Below are positions 1 to 12,400 of a DNA stretch of 64,000 nt, one piece after another. The translations under genes were made by a program, and so were the position numbers. The DNA is from Ruditapes philippinarum (lineage: Eukaryota): contig NW_026854290.1 in the NCBI RefSeq assembly GCF_026571515.1, positions 124,001-188,000 on the forward strand, read 5' to 3'. The notes under the pieces are model-generated. The model ran no database searches. It saw nothing but the letters and a program-made list of their open reading frames with translations, and was not told the origin of the DNA. How positions within the stretch are numbered: position 1 is the first letter of the stretch; each line of letters opens with the position of its first letter.

Positions 1-2724
1 GTATGACGAGATTTGCAGACTATATACTCTCACATTGCAGTTACCATAATCCAAGTAAATGATTTTTTTTGATCACATACCAACGCCGCCGTTTTGGCGA
101 CTCCGTCAAATGGTATTGTACGGTCATGCATAGATTTTGACGTGTACATTATTTGTATTTTTGTTTTATAAACTCTTATTTTATTATCAAACAGAGTAGT
201 TGAGCACGATGTCCTATCGCCAGCTCTTGATTGATAGCTCTCTGTCATATTTGTTGTCATCTATTTTCTTCTTTTCTTCCAGAACTGTTTACTTGTGCCT
301 TGAACTTGATCAAAAAAGACAACACGTTAAGCTTATGTTTAACGCTCATTAATCAAAATATGACGTCAGAAGAGTCACTTGATGCCAAAGCCTATAGATG
401 TCGGCAAGTATCAGTCATTTATCACAACAATAAATTAAAGCACAGAAGGCGCTGAATTTGTTTGGGTCTCAGAATGTCAGAAAGGTGAAGGATGTGAGAT
501 TATAAACCAATTTGTTTTTGTAAAGTGCCACCAATGCTTTCCAGTGTTTTAACTATAGTGAATTGGCTATAAGACTAATTGCAACACTGATAGTCAATTC
601 AATGTTTATTTGACTTAAAAACTAAAAAAAAATGAGTTGCCTTAACTGGGATTTGAACTCCAGACCTCTCGATTCATAAGCGAGCGTGCAAATCCCTCGG
701 CCACGGTGAAGTTATATGTTATCGGCGGCCTAAAGAAAACCATATTATTCTAAATAAGGGTTCGTAACTCTTATTATTTCGACGATAAACCTGTTGTTTA
801 ACACAGATGTAAATAATCATGGAGCTTACTGTATTGCCCAACAATATTGACCTGGCACTTCATTAACTTTCGTAAAGGTCATTTGAATAAACACTGACCA
901 GTATCTATCAAATATATCGATATATTTGCGTCAGTGAGGTGTGGTGTATTGGTATAGATGTCGGACTGCCGATCTGAAGGTCTATGGTTCTACACCCCGT
1001 TATGATTTTTTTTAATTTACTCGCAAGAATTTATTTGAAATAGTTTTACTACACCTAGTGTTAGAAAACCTTTTAAGTGGTGTTTTTATGCACAATTATA
1101 TATTTTTTTATTTTATAACAGTATAATATTTTTTATAACGGTTCTTTTTGTGACATTATGAAATCGTTTATGCGTTAGCGCATACGCGCTATAAAGGCAA
1201 TTATTATAAATACTACACTGTTGGTACACACAAATAAAAGATTTGCAATAGTTTTGAGAGAATGGCAATTTTAAATTTTAAATATAAAAAATAAGGTGCT
1301 GTAATAGGATTCGAACCTACCAGAATTCGTCGAAGTGAAACCCCTTTACCAACTGCGCTAAGATGGATTTTTAATTTACACAATTTTATCAATTCGATAT
1401 TTACATTGATATTGATTTACAGGTAGATCGTAACGTTTACGGAATATACCGACTACAGGGTCAAATGCAAGAGTGCCAGGTCAATGTTGTTGTACAATAA
1501 GCATGTATATCTATAAAGAATGAAACAATATTAGAAATCTTCGACCATTCGGGAACTACTTTGCTTGAAAATTAATGCGCCTGTCATTTGACAATCTTTA
1601 CGCATTGATCACCCCTAAATTTTTCGGCGTTAGTGTACATATAAAGGGAAGTAACCGCTTCAAAAAAGTGGACTACTTTAGGCATTTGCAATTAACAGCA
1701 TTAGACTCTGAAATTTAGCTACCATTATTTGTTTGGTCTGACGACCCAAACAAATAAAAATAGGATTTAATTTAGAAATAAGAATAAGACGATTAAATTC
1801 AATTTATGTTTTTGGTGGGGTTTTACTTCGCTTTATTGATGGAGGAAGACCTCGGGTGCCCTCCCCGCATTATGTAAGGCTCAAACTGGCATATGAGTAG
1901 AACCAACGACTTTCCGTAAGCTATACTTACTTTATAGCTTCATCATTGAAAGAATCCAGATACTCTGACGGGATTCAAACGCACAGTAGTGAGGGGAAAG
2001 TGGCCGACATACAAAATGTTATGAGGTCAACTGTTCGAAGAATCGTTCGGCTATCCTTTTCACCCTTGCGGAGCGTCAATACTGGGGGAGGGGGTTTGCT
2101 TGCAATATCATTCCACAATACCCGCTAATATATTCTCTTGAAACTTCACGACTGTGTGTTCGATCAAAGCTGTATGTCATTATTAAAAACGCACTATTTT
2201 GTTAAATTTTACCCCCTTATAAGCTTAAAAATCGTGAAGCTGTAGCTTTATGTCAAAAATTCAATCGTCACGCATAGACTTGTGCATGGTTCCTGGTGGA
2301 GATTTACCGATTAAGAAACATATGAATGGTTCCTTGTTTTGACGGAAAAATATTCTACATGGTCCCTGTACCAAGAAATATCTATCGCTCACAGTGTAAT
2401 GGCTTTTGTGACGGATGTATTTCATATATAAAATGTAAATGCATAGAAGGTTATAAGAAATGACATAACTTCTTGATTTCTATTTTTATACGTGTTTTAT
2501 ATTTTAACAGACGGAAGGATTGCGCAAAAATGAGTTTATATGACTGTGAATACCATGGAGCAGCTGAGTACATGTGGGCAGTGAATATCGCACATACGGA
2601 CAAACAATTCCAGATGTTAAGATGCCATCCTATACCTGTATCTGAAGCATCACATATAATACACACGACCTGGGTCCTCATCTCAACAATCATGTCTGTT
2701 CTTATTCTAAATACAATGATTTAA
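1..2724 (+). CDS. 3' part of an uncharacterized Cys-rich, probably GPI-anchored surface protein (5' exons outside window)
   Basis: Exons <1-54 (donor A|gtaaat), 283-403 (acceptor ttcttccag|, donor CG|gcaagt), 2511-2724 (acceptor ttttaacag|). They join in phase: ..MTRFADYILSHCSYHNPKLFTCALNLIKKDNTLSLCLTLINQNMTSEESLDAKAYRCRRKDCAKMSLYDCEYHGAAEYMWAVNIAHTDKQFQMLRCHPIPVSEASHIIHTTWVLISTIMSVLILNTMI*. Small residues (SEAS) followed by a terminal hydrophobic tail is a GPI-signal pattern. Confidence 0.65.
1810..2003 (-). mobile_element. tRNA-derived SINE fragment; related copies at ~3750-3870 (+), ~8510-8620 (-), ~22900-23110 (+), ~61030-61130 (+)
   Basis: The dispersed copies share blocks, e.g. tgtgaggaagc and ggtggttct in the + copies and their reverse complements here. 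B-box-like head (gggattcaaac). Boundaries approximate. Confidence 0.6.
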
Positions 2725-2747
2725 ATGACTGCTTTATAATCAGATTT

Positions 2748-2985
2748 GAGCCGCGTCACGACAAAACCAACATAATGTGTTTGCGACCAGCATGGATCCA
2801 GACCAGCCTGATCATCCGCGCAGTCTGATCAGGATCCATGCTGTTCGCTTGTAAACAGACCCTATAACAAGTAAAGAAACTGATAGCGAACAGCATGGAT
2901 CCTGATCAGACTGCGCGGATGCGCAGGCTGGTCTGGATCCATGCTGGTCGCAAACCCATTATGTTGGTTTTGTCGTGACGCGCTC
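2748..2985. mobile_element. Palindromic MITE (Sola-type: GAG...CTC termini, 4-bp TSD ATTT)
   Basis: ~110-bp inverted arms (gagccgcgtcacgacaaaaccaacataat... / ...attatgttggttttgtcgtgacgcgctc), flanked by attt on both sides. Right-half copy at ~53193-53283; decayed copy at ~24615-24680. Confidence 0.85.
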
Positions 2986-4872
2986 ATTTATAGGAATACA
3001 AGCCCAGCATTTAAAAAAGTTCAACTAGTCATTATGAATCTTATATAATGGCAAATGCTAAAATAATGGATTTTGTTCGTGATATGACACAATTTTCAAG
3101 GACTTTCACATGAGGATGTAGTATGTATAATAACATGCGCAAACATGTATATAATAGCTTGAATTGTATAGATAGTTTATTTGTATATTTGTGTTTGTTT
3201 CAGTTTATACATACAATGAATTAATTTGTAAAATGTTCTCCAGTTATACAAACATGTTTATACTAGTATGTTGTTTTTTTTTGTTTAAGCTAACTTTATA
3301 TAATAAAGTTTGATATTCACATGCACGCACGCATGCACATCCATATATGCACATATATAACATATATAAATACAATGTACTACATGTGAATTCATATTAT
3401 TTGCCTTCTTCGAGAACCTTATAGTGAAATATTTTCATTACAGAAAAAGGCCCGGGTACGTGTAAATATTTCAATTAACATAAATGCTACAATTCATATC
3501 ATTATTTTTCCTATTACTTTATTGTTTGTAAATTTGGCATAAGTTTGTCTATTTGAATTATAATGTTTATACTTGAGAGAAAGAATGCAAATACATGTAT
3601 ATAACATTTCTTTGAAAACTAAGTTTAAATATACTTTGAAGAAATTGCACATGAGTCTTTTTGTATAATCTGTGAAATATATAGAACAACTCTAAAGAAA
3701 CGAACTTTTATAAACTCATGTTATCATATGGGACTTCTGTGGACAACGTGTATAATGGTTGTGGCTTTCGATTTTTAACCCCTCAACGCTGTGAGTACAG
3801 ATCCCACCAGGAACTTTTGATTCAATTATGAGAGGAAGCTAGCTACAAAAGATGGGTGGTTGTTCTCACGATGCCATATAGAACAAAACACAGCAATATT
3901 TTTTTTTTGCAAATTAACAACTTTACGGAATCATAAAAGATAAAAGTACGCTAAAAGATAGTTCGGCCGAGCTATATCACACACACTGTAGTTGATATGG
4001 ATTTTATTACACGAATAAAACCCAGTATTCCACTTGTAAGCAAAGAATCAAGTATCGCAATGACCATTTAATCATCGTATCTCGTAGATTTAACCGTTAC
4101 GTAATCACGTCACGTCAGCAATTTTGTACTATACAACGTATGGCATACCAGATCACATCCGTATACAATGCTCCCCGCCCACACCGCCCGGGTCTTTATA
4201 AACACGGTATATTAAGCAGAATATCAAAATATGAAAAGGTAAAAGGTATAGGCAACAATAACCAAAATTAAAAGGTATAGGCCACCATTCATTCAAGAAT
4301 TCGAGGCAATTGAATTTAGTTGATGTGGCCTAAATGTGTTTACTCCCTAGAGATACGGCTCCGATGGGGTTTTGCATAACACAACGTATTATCTAAATAT
4401 ATCAATTTTAAGTATTTGTTGACTCAGTTGTAAGAGGCACTTCTATACGGTATAATATCACGTTTTGGTCAGTAAAGTGAGCGATTAGGATTCTTTTCAA
4501 GTATTCTTATAGGGTTTTATTTGACCAATTTATAACCTCATTTTGTTAAGCTATTCAAAGCTGGACAGATTATCAGAAATTCGTGAATCGTGCTTTATCG
4601 GTTGTTATAACATGTATACATACGAATCCAGATGCACCACGTAAACCGATCATTTTACCCAGGTGTCCAGTCTTTAAAAATACGACCGCCCGCTTTAGCC
4701 AGGTGTTCGATCTTTAAAAATGAATTCTCGCTTTAGCAACGTGTCCGACTTTCAACAAAAGTATATAAGTATTAGTGGAACAATTCGTTTTGCTCATTGC
4801 TTGAATAAAAAGTTGAATTGGAAATACATTATATTAAGATATATCACTCTGATTAAGCCCAGAAGTAACAAG

Positions 4873-4910
<38 letters not shown>
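4873..4910. repeat. (GAT)n microsatellite
   Basis: About 12 perfect tga/gat units. Confidence 0.95.
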
Positions 4911-4912
<2 letters not shown>

Positions 4913-5261
4913 TTACCATTAACTTAATCTTATCTCATCAGATTTATATATCCTGAATGGAAAATCAAGCTAACCACACATCTCTTATAGTCAAATCCCG
5001 AAATTTACAAACACCCGTAGCGTTTGCTTCGTCTATAGTCATTTAAATCACGCTATAATTTTTTTCATGAATTACTGCATTTTTTTTCTGGGAAAATATA
5101 TAAATAAATAAAATATGTAAATAAAATTTGATTGTAAATATTTAAGAATATGTACAAGGAAGCTTATTAACATGTCTAGAGAAATGTTAGATGATAACGG
5201 CACTAAGATATATGTAATAGCTTACACAGTAAAAAGATTTTTTCATAGGTTTTTATTACCA

Positions 5262-6005
5262 TTTATATAACGTAGGTTTTCATTGGATTATCTTGACGTT
5301 TATATTATTAGTTATAAAGATCGTTGACAGGTTATATGGCCCTATATAAAATTATAAACGGCTATTTGTAAATATAACCCGAGCCGTTAGGCAAGGGCTA
5401 TATTGCCATCAGCCGTTTATATACGGCCATATAACCTGTCAACAATCTTTATAACGAATTTATAATACAGCAAGCATCATTTATAGAGAAAAAAGTAAGA
5501 TTTCTTCATGCATTGACAGCAGCCGTGTATGTAAATCTATATAAACGTCACGATTATCCAATGAAAAATGACGTTACAAACGTGCAGTATTATAAATAAT
5601 CTATATACACGACTGCTGTCGATTTATTATGAATTTTCATTTTCCTCCCCAAAATGGAAGTTTTCAGTATTATGAATTCGTTATAAAGATATTTGACAGG
5701 TTATATGGCGTATATAAACAGTTATATAGGGCCATATAACCTACCTGTCAACAATCTTGATTACTAATTATGTAAACTGTTGTTTCCAAGCTTCTAGGCG
5801 AGAGTTATTTATGTATATTAACAACCGTTTATATATGGTCATATAACTGCCAATAACTTTTAAGGAGGCGAATTCAGATTACAGAAATAAATATTCGACA
5901 AAAAATGAAATAGCTTAATAAATTTACAGCAGCCGTGTATATAGTTTATACAAACCTCACGATTATCCAATGAAAAGCGACGTTACAAACATGCAGAATT
6001 TTAAA
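5262..6005. mobile_element. Cluster of nested or partial palindromic MITE copies
   Basis: Repeated inverted blocks ttataaagat(cg)ttgacaggttatatggc / ggccatataacctgtcaacaatc. The end block cacgattatccaatgaaaa..gacgttacaaacgtgcag occurs at ~5548 and ~5958, and again at ~32744. Confidence 0.7.
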
Positions 6006-6479
6006 ATTTATTATCTATAGTAAGTAGGTATTTCAGTCCTGTATTATTGATTTCAACCAGATCGTAAAGATAAGATATAATAAATTATGAATAATCCTTA
6101 ACGTGGTGATATACAGTCCCTAGATAGCTGTCACTTGTATGTTTGTCTATCTACTTATTGTGTATAATGTTCTTCACATCGACATAAGTCTTCTTTTTTT
6201 TTTTTGCTTAAAATATTTTCACTAGAAGTGACTAGGCACGATTTTTGAACTTTTTAAAGTTATAATTTGTGAACTATAAACGAAAAATATCCCTATATAT
6301 AATACAAAAAGTACATACATGCAATTATCAGTTTGAAAAAAAATGGTGATTATTATAAAATCACGTTTTTTTCTCGTGATACAATGTTCTTCTCGTGATT
6401 TTAATCCAATCCTTCCTTTTTGTTTTGATTTTTTTGTAACCTGTACTTTTTTAAACTAAAATCAGGCTTGTTTCATTCC

Positions 6480-7133
6480 CTAAAACTTTGTAACCGGTTC
6501 CGTTGCTTGTGACGTCTCTGGTGACGTCACTAAGTCCGTGTCCGTGCTAACGTTACTCGCGTCATTGCTCATTTGTTGTCCAACACTTTGTTGTTTGGAT
6601 AAGTGGCGATGTTCAACCGTCTTTTTGTTAAGATTCAAAGCTGGTAGGGACTGTGATCTACTGTATTTCTCACTCTGACGCCGAACTTTTATCTGAGATG
6701 ATTTCCACTCCTTGTATGCGATTTGAAATGCGCGTGACATCACGATAGACATTGCCTTCGCCTTTTCACCGCTGCTACAGATTACGGCGTGACAGTATAA
6801 CATTTTTGTGTCATTGTCACTACAAATCCAGGAAAATAATTTTTCATTCACCACCGTGTCAACGTTACAGAAAGAGATGTTTTCTATTGGAAATAGTTTT
6901 TCAGGCTCTTTCTTTTTATCTAAATTTTTCATGTGTATTCCGAAGACAGTTATTTTTAGCTGCACGCGCTTGAGGTAGCGTTCTTCCTCCGAGTTGTCCC
7001 AGAGTTTCTGCACGAGGGCTGTTGTGCAGCCTCGACCGGAAGCGGTAAATGTTTCAGCGTTTCCTATATATCTGGCTTTAAAAGTTGGGTCCTGATCCGT
7101 AATTTTAGCTCGATCTTTTAGTCTATTAAACAT
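6480..7133 (-). CDS. FAM43A: FAM43A/B-like phosphotyrosine-interaction (PID/PTB) domain protein, single coding exon, 217 aa
   Basis: ITDQDPTFKARYIG, GCT...VQKLW, IENISFC, FSWI, LYCHAVICSSGEKAKAM...AFQIAYKEW match the FAM43 PID pattern. Uninterrupted ATG-to-stop ORF. Confidence 0.88.
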   Translation of the reverse strand: MFNRLKDRAKITDQDPTFKARYIGNAETFTASGRGCTTALVQKLWDNSEEERYLKRVQLKITVFGIHMKNLDKKKEPEKLFPIENISFCNVDTVVNEKLFSWICSDNDTKMLYCHAVICSSGEKAKAMSIVMSRAFQIAYKEWKSSQIKVRRQSEKYSRSQSLPALNLNKKTVEHRHLSKQQSVGQQMSNDASNVSTDTDLVTSPETSQATEPVTKF

Positions 7134-9140
7134 TTTGTTTATTTATATATTTATTTATATTATAATAAAATTTTATTTAATTTAAACTATCCAATAACCA
7201 TGAAGTTATATATCCAAAATATTTCATATAAAATGTGCGAACATTTAAACTCTCTTCCTGCGTTTGTTTGTGTCGATTTCAGATATTTACCACTATTTTT
7301 TATCTTGAACCAAATGGGCCAGCAAAATCCTAAACTAACGCTTCAAAATAGATAAAAACGTTTAATCAAATCTCCTCAAAACGAAAAGTGATTTTCGATA
7401 TTTTGCAATGTATTTAACCCAAAGGTTTACTTGATCAGCGGAAAGAAACGGAACAAAGGTAACTCCGGGAAATGTTCATGAATAAGATACAGTAAAACAT
7501 TCTCGAGGGAGTTATAAATAGCGTGAAATTATTGTAGTAAAACAGAATCATATATATTATTCATAAAGTTTATTAGTGTTAACTGTACGTGGAAATAAAT
7601 ATATTGCCTATATTCTTGAAGTAAAACAAATATAGTAACATAACACAGCAATTTCGAAAGATTAAAAATATTTTATTATTTATTGACAACAGTTAAGAAG
7701 TTAAAACCAAGAAATGGGTCTTGTTTTTGAAAAACATGTTGTGAATGTATTTGCAGTGTTTTAACGGCACACTTGAAATATTTCGAGCATGTTCATTTCT
7801 GTTTTTTATTAGATATTTTCCTATCCATTTACAATTATAATATAATAAAATGACGTAATTCGCGAAATTCTATTCTTGCTTGTACTTGTACTTACCATAT
7901 TATATCTCAAGGATAGTAAAATATTTATTTTAAAATATTTTCAGTATTAAAATGTTCTTAAGCATGTTTACCCACTCATCCTCATGGGTGTTTCTTTTGC
8001 TTGAATAGTAGATATACGGGGTGGAGTACCGATGAGGGTAATGAACAATATATTAAAATTTAGATTGTTCAAACCAATGGTCTCTTTTTTGGAAACGTAT
8101 TGTTAGAGCATACCATTTGCAATGATTCTAAAAGGAAATGCTATTCAAACCAATGACGTCACGGCAACATAGCGCTATCATGTTGTGAGAAAATCCGAAA
8201 AACTGTTACATTTATCATTAATTAGTAGATATCGGAAGATAGTAACTCAAGTGAAGTCGTCGTGTTGATATATCAAACACCGATAGATCGTATACAATTT
8301 ATGATAACCGGTATTTTAGCTAGGATACCACTGAATGTTTCATTCTTACGCCATACAAGGGTAAAGTACGATGGAATGTAAAATGTAAACAAATGAAAAG
8401 AAGTCCGTAACTCCGTATATCATCGATATTTTGTAAACGAATAAGGCCAGAGCTATTTGTTTCCTGTCATCTAAGCTGGATTTTGTATATCTATATATTT
8501 ATTTTTGTTTTTTAGTCACGCCGACATTCTAAAGGTTATATTATGACTTTTCCAGGAAAACCTTATAGGAACTCATATTCTGCGAGGATGAGTACCTGAG
8601 TAAAAACTTCAACATTTCTAATGAGCTAAATCTGTACATTGTATTTTTTCCTGCTTTTGTTAATACGTAAATGACAACAAATAGTATTTGATACCGTGAA
8701 CCATTTTAATTTGCAAGTCATTATTTATATCCTTTCAAACAAATCATACATTTTTATATAACAAAAAACACAAACACACATAAAACACGAAATCATTATT
8801 GTTAAAATACCTATAAATATCACAGCAAAGCATATTTCTATTACATTATACAGATAGAAAATCAAATGGTATAATTACGACTCGTTAATACTAAATTAAA
8901 CATGCATGAAAATTATGATTTATACAAATGTCTGCGTGAAACGTGGCTAAAAGTTAAAAACTTATTTGTTAGGATTACAAATGCATGAGTCCAGGATCAT
9001 ATACATGGTCAAAAAAGTTTCAATTTGAATAAAAAGAATAGTACTACAAATGTTTAAGTAAACCGCTTTGTATAACGATTGCACACATATGCTACAGTGC
9101 ATATTTAATTCTCTAAATACTGAATTGTATCAAAATGTAT

Positions 9141-9480
9141 ATTTCAACTGTCAGACGGTATATCTTATTTTATTCGGTTTATTCAAGCATAGGACCGTAT
9201 ATCCGATACAACTCATACATTTGGCGGTATATCCGGTACATTTCAAATATCAGAAATGTATATCAGGTATATATCAAATATCAGACAGTATATCCGGTAC
9301 AATTCAAACATCAGACGGTATATCCGGTAAGTTTCAAACATCTAGCGGTGTATTCGGTATATTAAATATATCAGACGGTATATGCGGTATATATCAAATA
9401 TCGGACTGTATATCCGGTACATTTCAAATATCAGACGGTATATCCGGTACATTTCAAATATCAGACGGTATATCCGGTAC
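9141..9480. repeat. 30-bp minisatellite (~11 units) whose first unit is the last codons plus stop of the TRIM gene
   Basis: Unit atttcaaatatcagacggtatatccggtac; perfect at 9421-9480 and decaying leftward. Confidence 0.95.
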
Positions 9481-12400
9481 AGCTTGAACATCTTTCCCAG
9501 TTTTTAGAGCCATCGAGACGCTGACGTACTCCGTGCTGTACGCACCGAAAACCGGCCATAAAGGCTTCGAAGTGTCTATACTCTTGAACCGATAAAAGAG
9601 TCGTCTGTTCTTTGCGTCCACAATAAACCACTGCTTCTGCTTCATATCTACCAAAAACCCGATTGTTGTTCGTAAAGTAGTTCCTGGCGGAGAGTTTTCA
9701 GTTAGCGGTAAATGGTACAAGCGGACGCCATTATGAAAAGTCATCAGACAGACGGTGCGACAGAGAGGACATCTACGCGCACATACCGTCCATGCATATG
9801 GGGAACCATCCACGGTGTAATTTTTATCTATCTCTGACTTTCGGGCGATTGCAACTTCAAAAATGAGGTCGTTCCGCAACTGTCGTTTGATGAAAAAATA
9901 GACGACAACTTCAAAATAGAATCGCCCGACCTTGCTAAACGGCCGGGTACCAATTGCTCCTCGGTAATTCTTGAGGGCTGTTCCTATATGGGCAGTTCGT
10001 CCGCGGATATTTTTCAATGTCCTGGAGTCGGAGGTCACCATATTTTGTGGATGGCAGGTTGTGGCGTCAAACATAAAATCAGGACCTGTTACGAAGAAGT
10101 AAAATGTTTTAACATTTTCCCCAAAAAATATCTTAAACATTATGTAGTAAAGATATACGAGGCTTGTCCGGAAAATCCGTACGGAAAATCCGTAGAAAAC
10201 CAATATTTCTTGTTTATTCTTTTTGTTTTTTCAAACATTTTGTTTGTGTTGTGAGCACCCTCGTAAAAATGGGACAAAAGTGATCCTTCGGATGCATTAA
10301 AAACGGCAAAATTACTTGAAAGTTGCAGACTCGGTTTTATTGAGTCTGTAAATGAAGGGTATTGAAAAAGTGCAGCATCAATAATCTGTCTTTATTCCAA
10401 TAGTTTTATTGAGTAATGGCTGATGATATCATATTGATTATGGCCATATCATTCTCTATGATTAAACTGTTTTAACTGAACATTGAAAATTTTGATTGAA
10501 TATTTTGATCATATTATTTAAGGTATGTTATAAGCAAACCTGTTGAAAGTAAAAACCGATATTTCGTTAGATAACTTATGTTTTAAGCATGTACAACAAA
10601 TTTACTTACATATAATATCACCAAACACACGGTAAGACTTGGCTCTCGGCTTTCCCCTCTCCGTGTCATAATCATCATCATCGTCAAGTTTCAAACCTAT
10701 AATAGTAGCGAATTATTTCATGTATCCATTATCACACTAGCACTTATACTGTTCTTTTGATTAACATTGTAATTAAGTACTGTAACAGTTAAATATATGA
10801 CGACCTTATAAATAAATTAAATAAAACAAACGCACAATGAACACGAACATTTCTGTTGAATGAAACAAGCACGCACAAAGACGCAACAATAAAAAAGAAT
10901 AATGAAGCAAGATATGTGCTCATTAATATTGCGAAGCTGCAGTAAAATTTTTTGATAACATTCAAAAACGAAATAAATTCTAGGGTACAATGTTTGCACG
11001 TCAATAAATTAAAAAAAAGTGTCGTGTTTTCTATCTCACGAGCTACTAAGGAAAATAACCGAGACATCAATAAAAACAAAAACAAAAACACACACACACA
11101 TACACAATCACAAATGAAAAATACTAGTCTATAGTTAAAACCATCTACAACTTCACAAACATCTATCTTCAACAAGAATACTACACCTACTAATTTCAAC
11201 CATCTATGGTGTAAGAAATAAAAAGTAGTCGTAAAATTGAACAGAAAAAAGTCAAGTTTTACTAATTTTAGTCACGTATTAGCAATTATACTAGCATCCA
11301 CTCACCGGCTGTCATCAAAGTCACATAACAACAGAGTCACGTACTAGCAGTCACATACTCGTAGAGTCACAAATCATCAGTCATATTTTGGCAGACTCAC
11401 ATATACGCAGTCATAAACCGGCATATTTTTATACCAAAAATAGTCACGTATTTTTAAGGTCAAATACCAGCAGAGTCACGTATAAGCAGAGTTACATACC
11501 AGCAGAGTCACATACCAGCAGTCACATACCAGCAGAGTCGATATCAGAATCACATACCAGTAGAGTAACATACCAGCAGAGTCGCATACCAGCTGAGTCA
11601 CGTACCAGCAGAGTCACATACCAGCAGAATCACATACCAGCAGAGTCACGTACTGTCAGAGACCCATACCAGCAGAGTCAAATACCAGCAGAGTCACATA
11701 CCAACAGAGTCACGTATAAGCCGAATCACATACCAGCAGAGTCTAATACCAGCAGAGACACGTATATGAAGAATCACATACCAGCAGAGTAACGTATCAG
11801 CAGAGTCACATACCAATAGAGTCACATACCAGCAGAGTCACGTATCAGCAGAGTCACATATCAGCAGATTCACAAATCAATAGAGTCAAATACCAGCAGA
11901 GTCACGTTTATGCAGAATCACATACCAGCAGAGTCACGTATCATCAGAGTCACGTATATGCAGAATCACATATCAGGAGAATGACGTATCATCAGAGTCA
12001 CATACCAGCAGAGTAAAATACCAGCAGAGTCACGTACAAGCAGAGTCATATACCAGCAGTGACACATACCAGCAGAGTCACATACCAGCAGAGTCACATA
12101 CCAGCAGAGCCATGTACCAGCAGAGTCGAGTACCAGCTGAGTCATATACCAGCAGAGTCACATACCAGCAGAGTCACGTATCAGCAGAGTCACATATCAG
12201 CAGATTCACAAATCAATAGAGTCAAATACCAGCAGAGTCACGTTTATGCAGAATCACATACCAGCAGAGTCACGTATCATCAGAGTCACGTATATGCAGA
12301 ATCACATATCAGGAGAATGACGTATCATCAGAGTCACATACCAGCAGAGTAAAATACCAGCAGAGTCACGTACAAGCAGAGTCATATACCAGCAGAGACA

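Noticed and set aside
30-260. 76-aa minus-strand ORF
   Set aside because: Overlaps an exon and intron of the better-supported plus-strand model; no recognisable homology.
640-1360. Functional tRNA genes
   Set aside because: A/B boxes are degenerate and I could not form complete acceptor stems; treated as tRNA-derived repeats.
9068-9487. 139-aa plus-strand ORF with ISDGISGTFQ repeats
   Set aside because: By-product of a 30-bp repeat that is stop-free in that frame; TTG start; antisense to the TRIM 3' end.
10789-11199. Hydrophobic 136-aa ORF
   Set aside because: Low-complexity T-rich intron sequence including a (CA)n tract; not a credible membrane protein.
11388-12352. SHIPAE-repeat ORFs
   Set aside because: Translations of a 16-bp minisatellite inside a TRIM intron.
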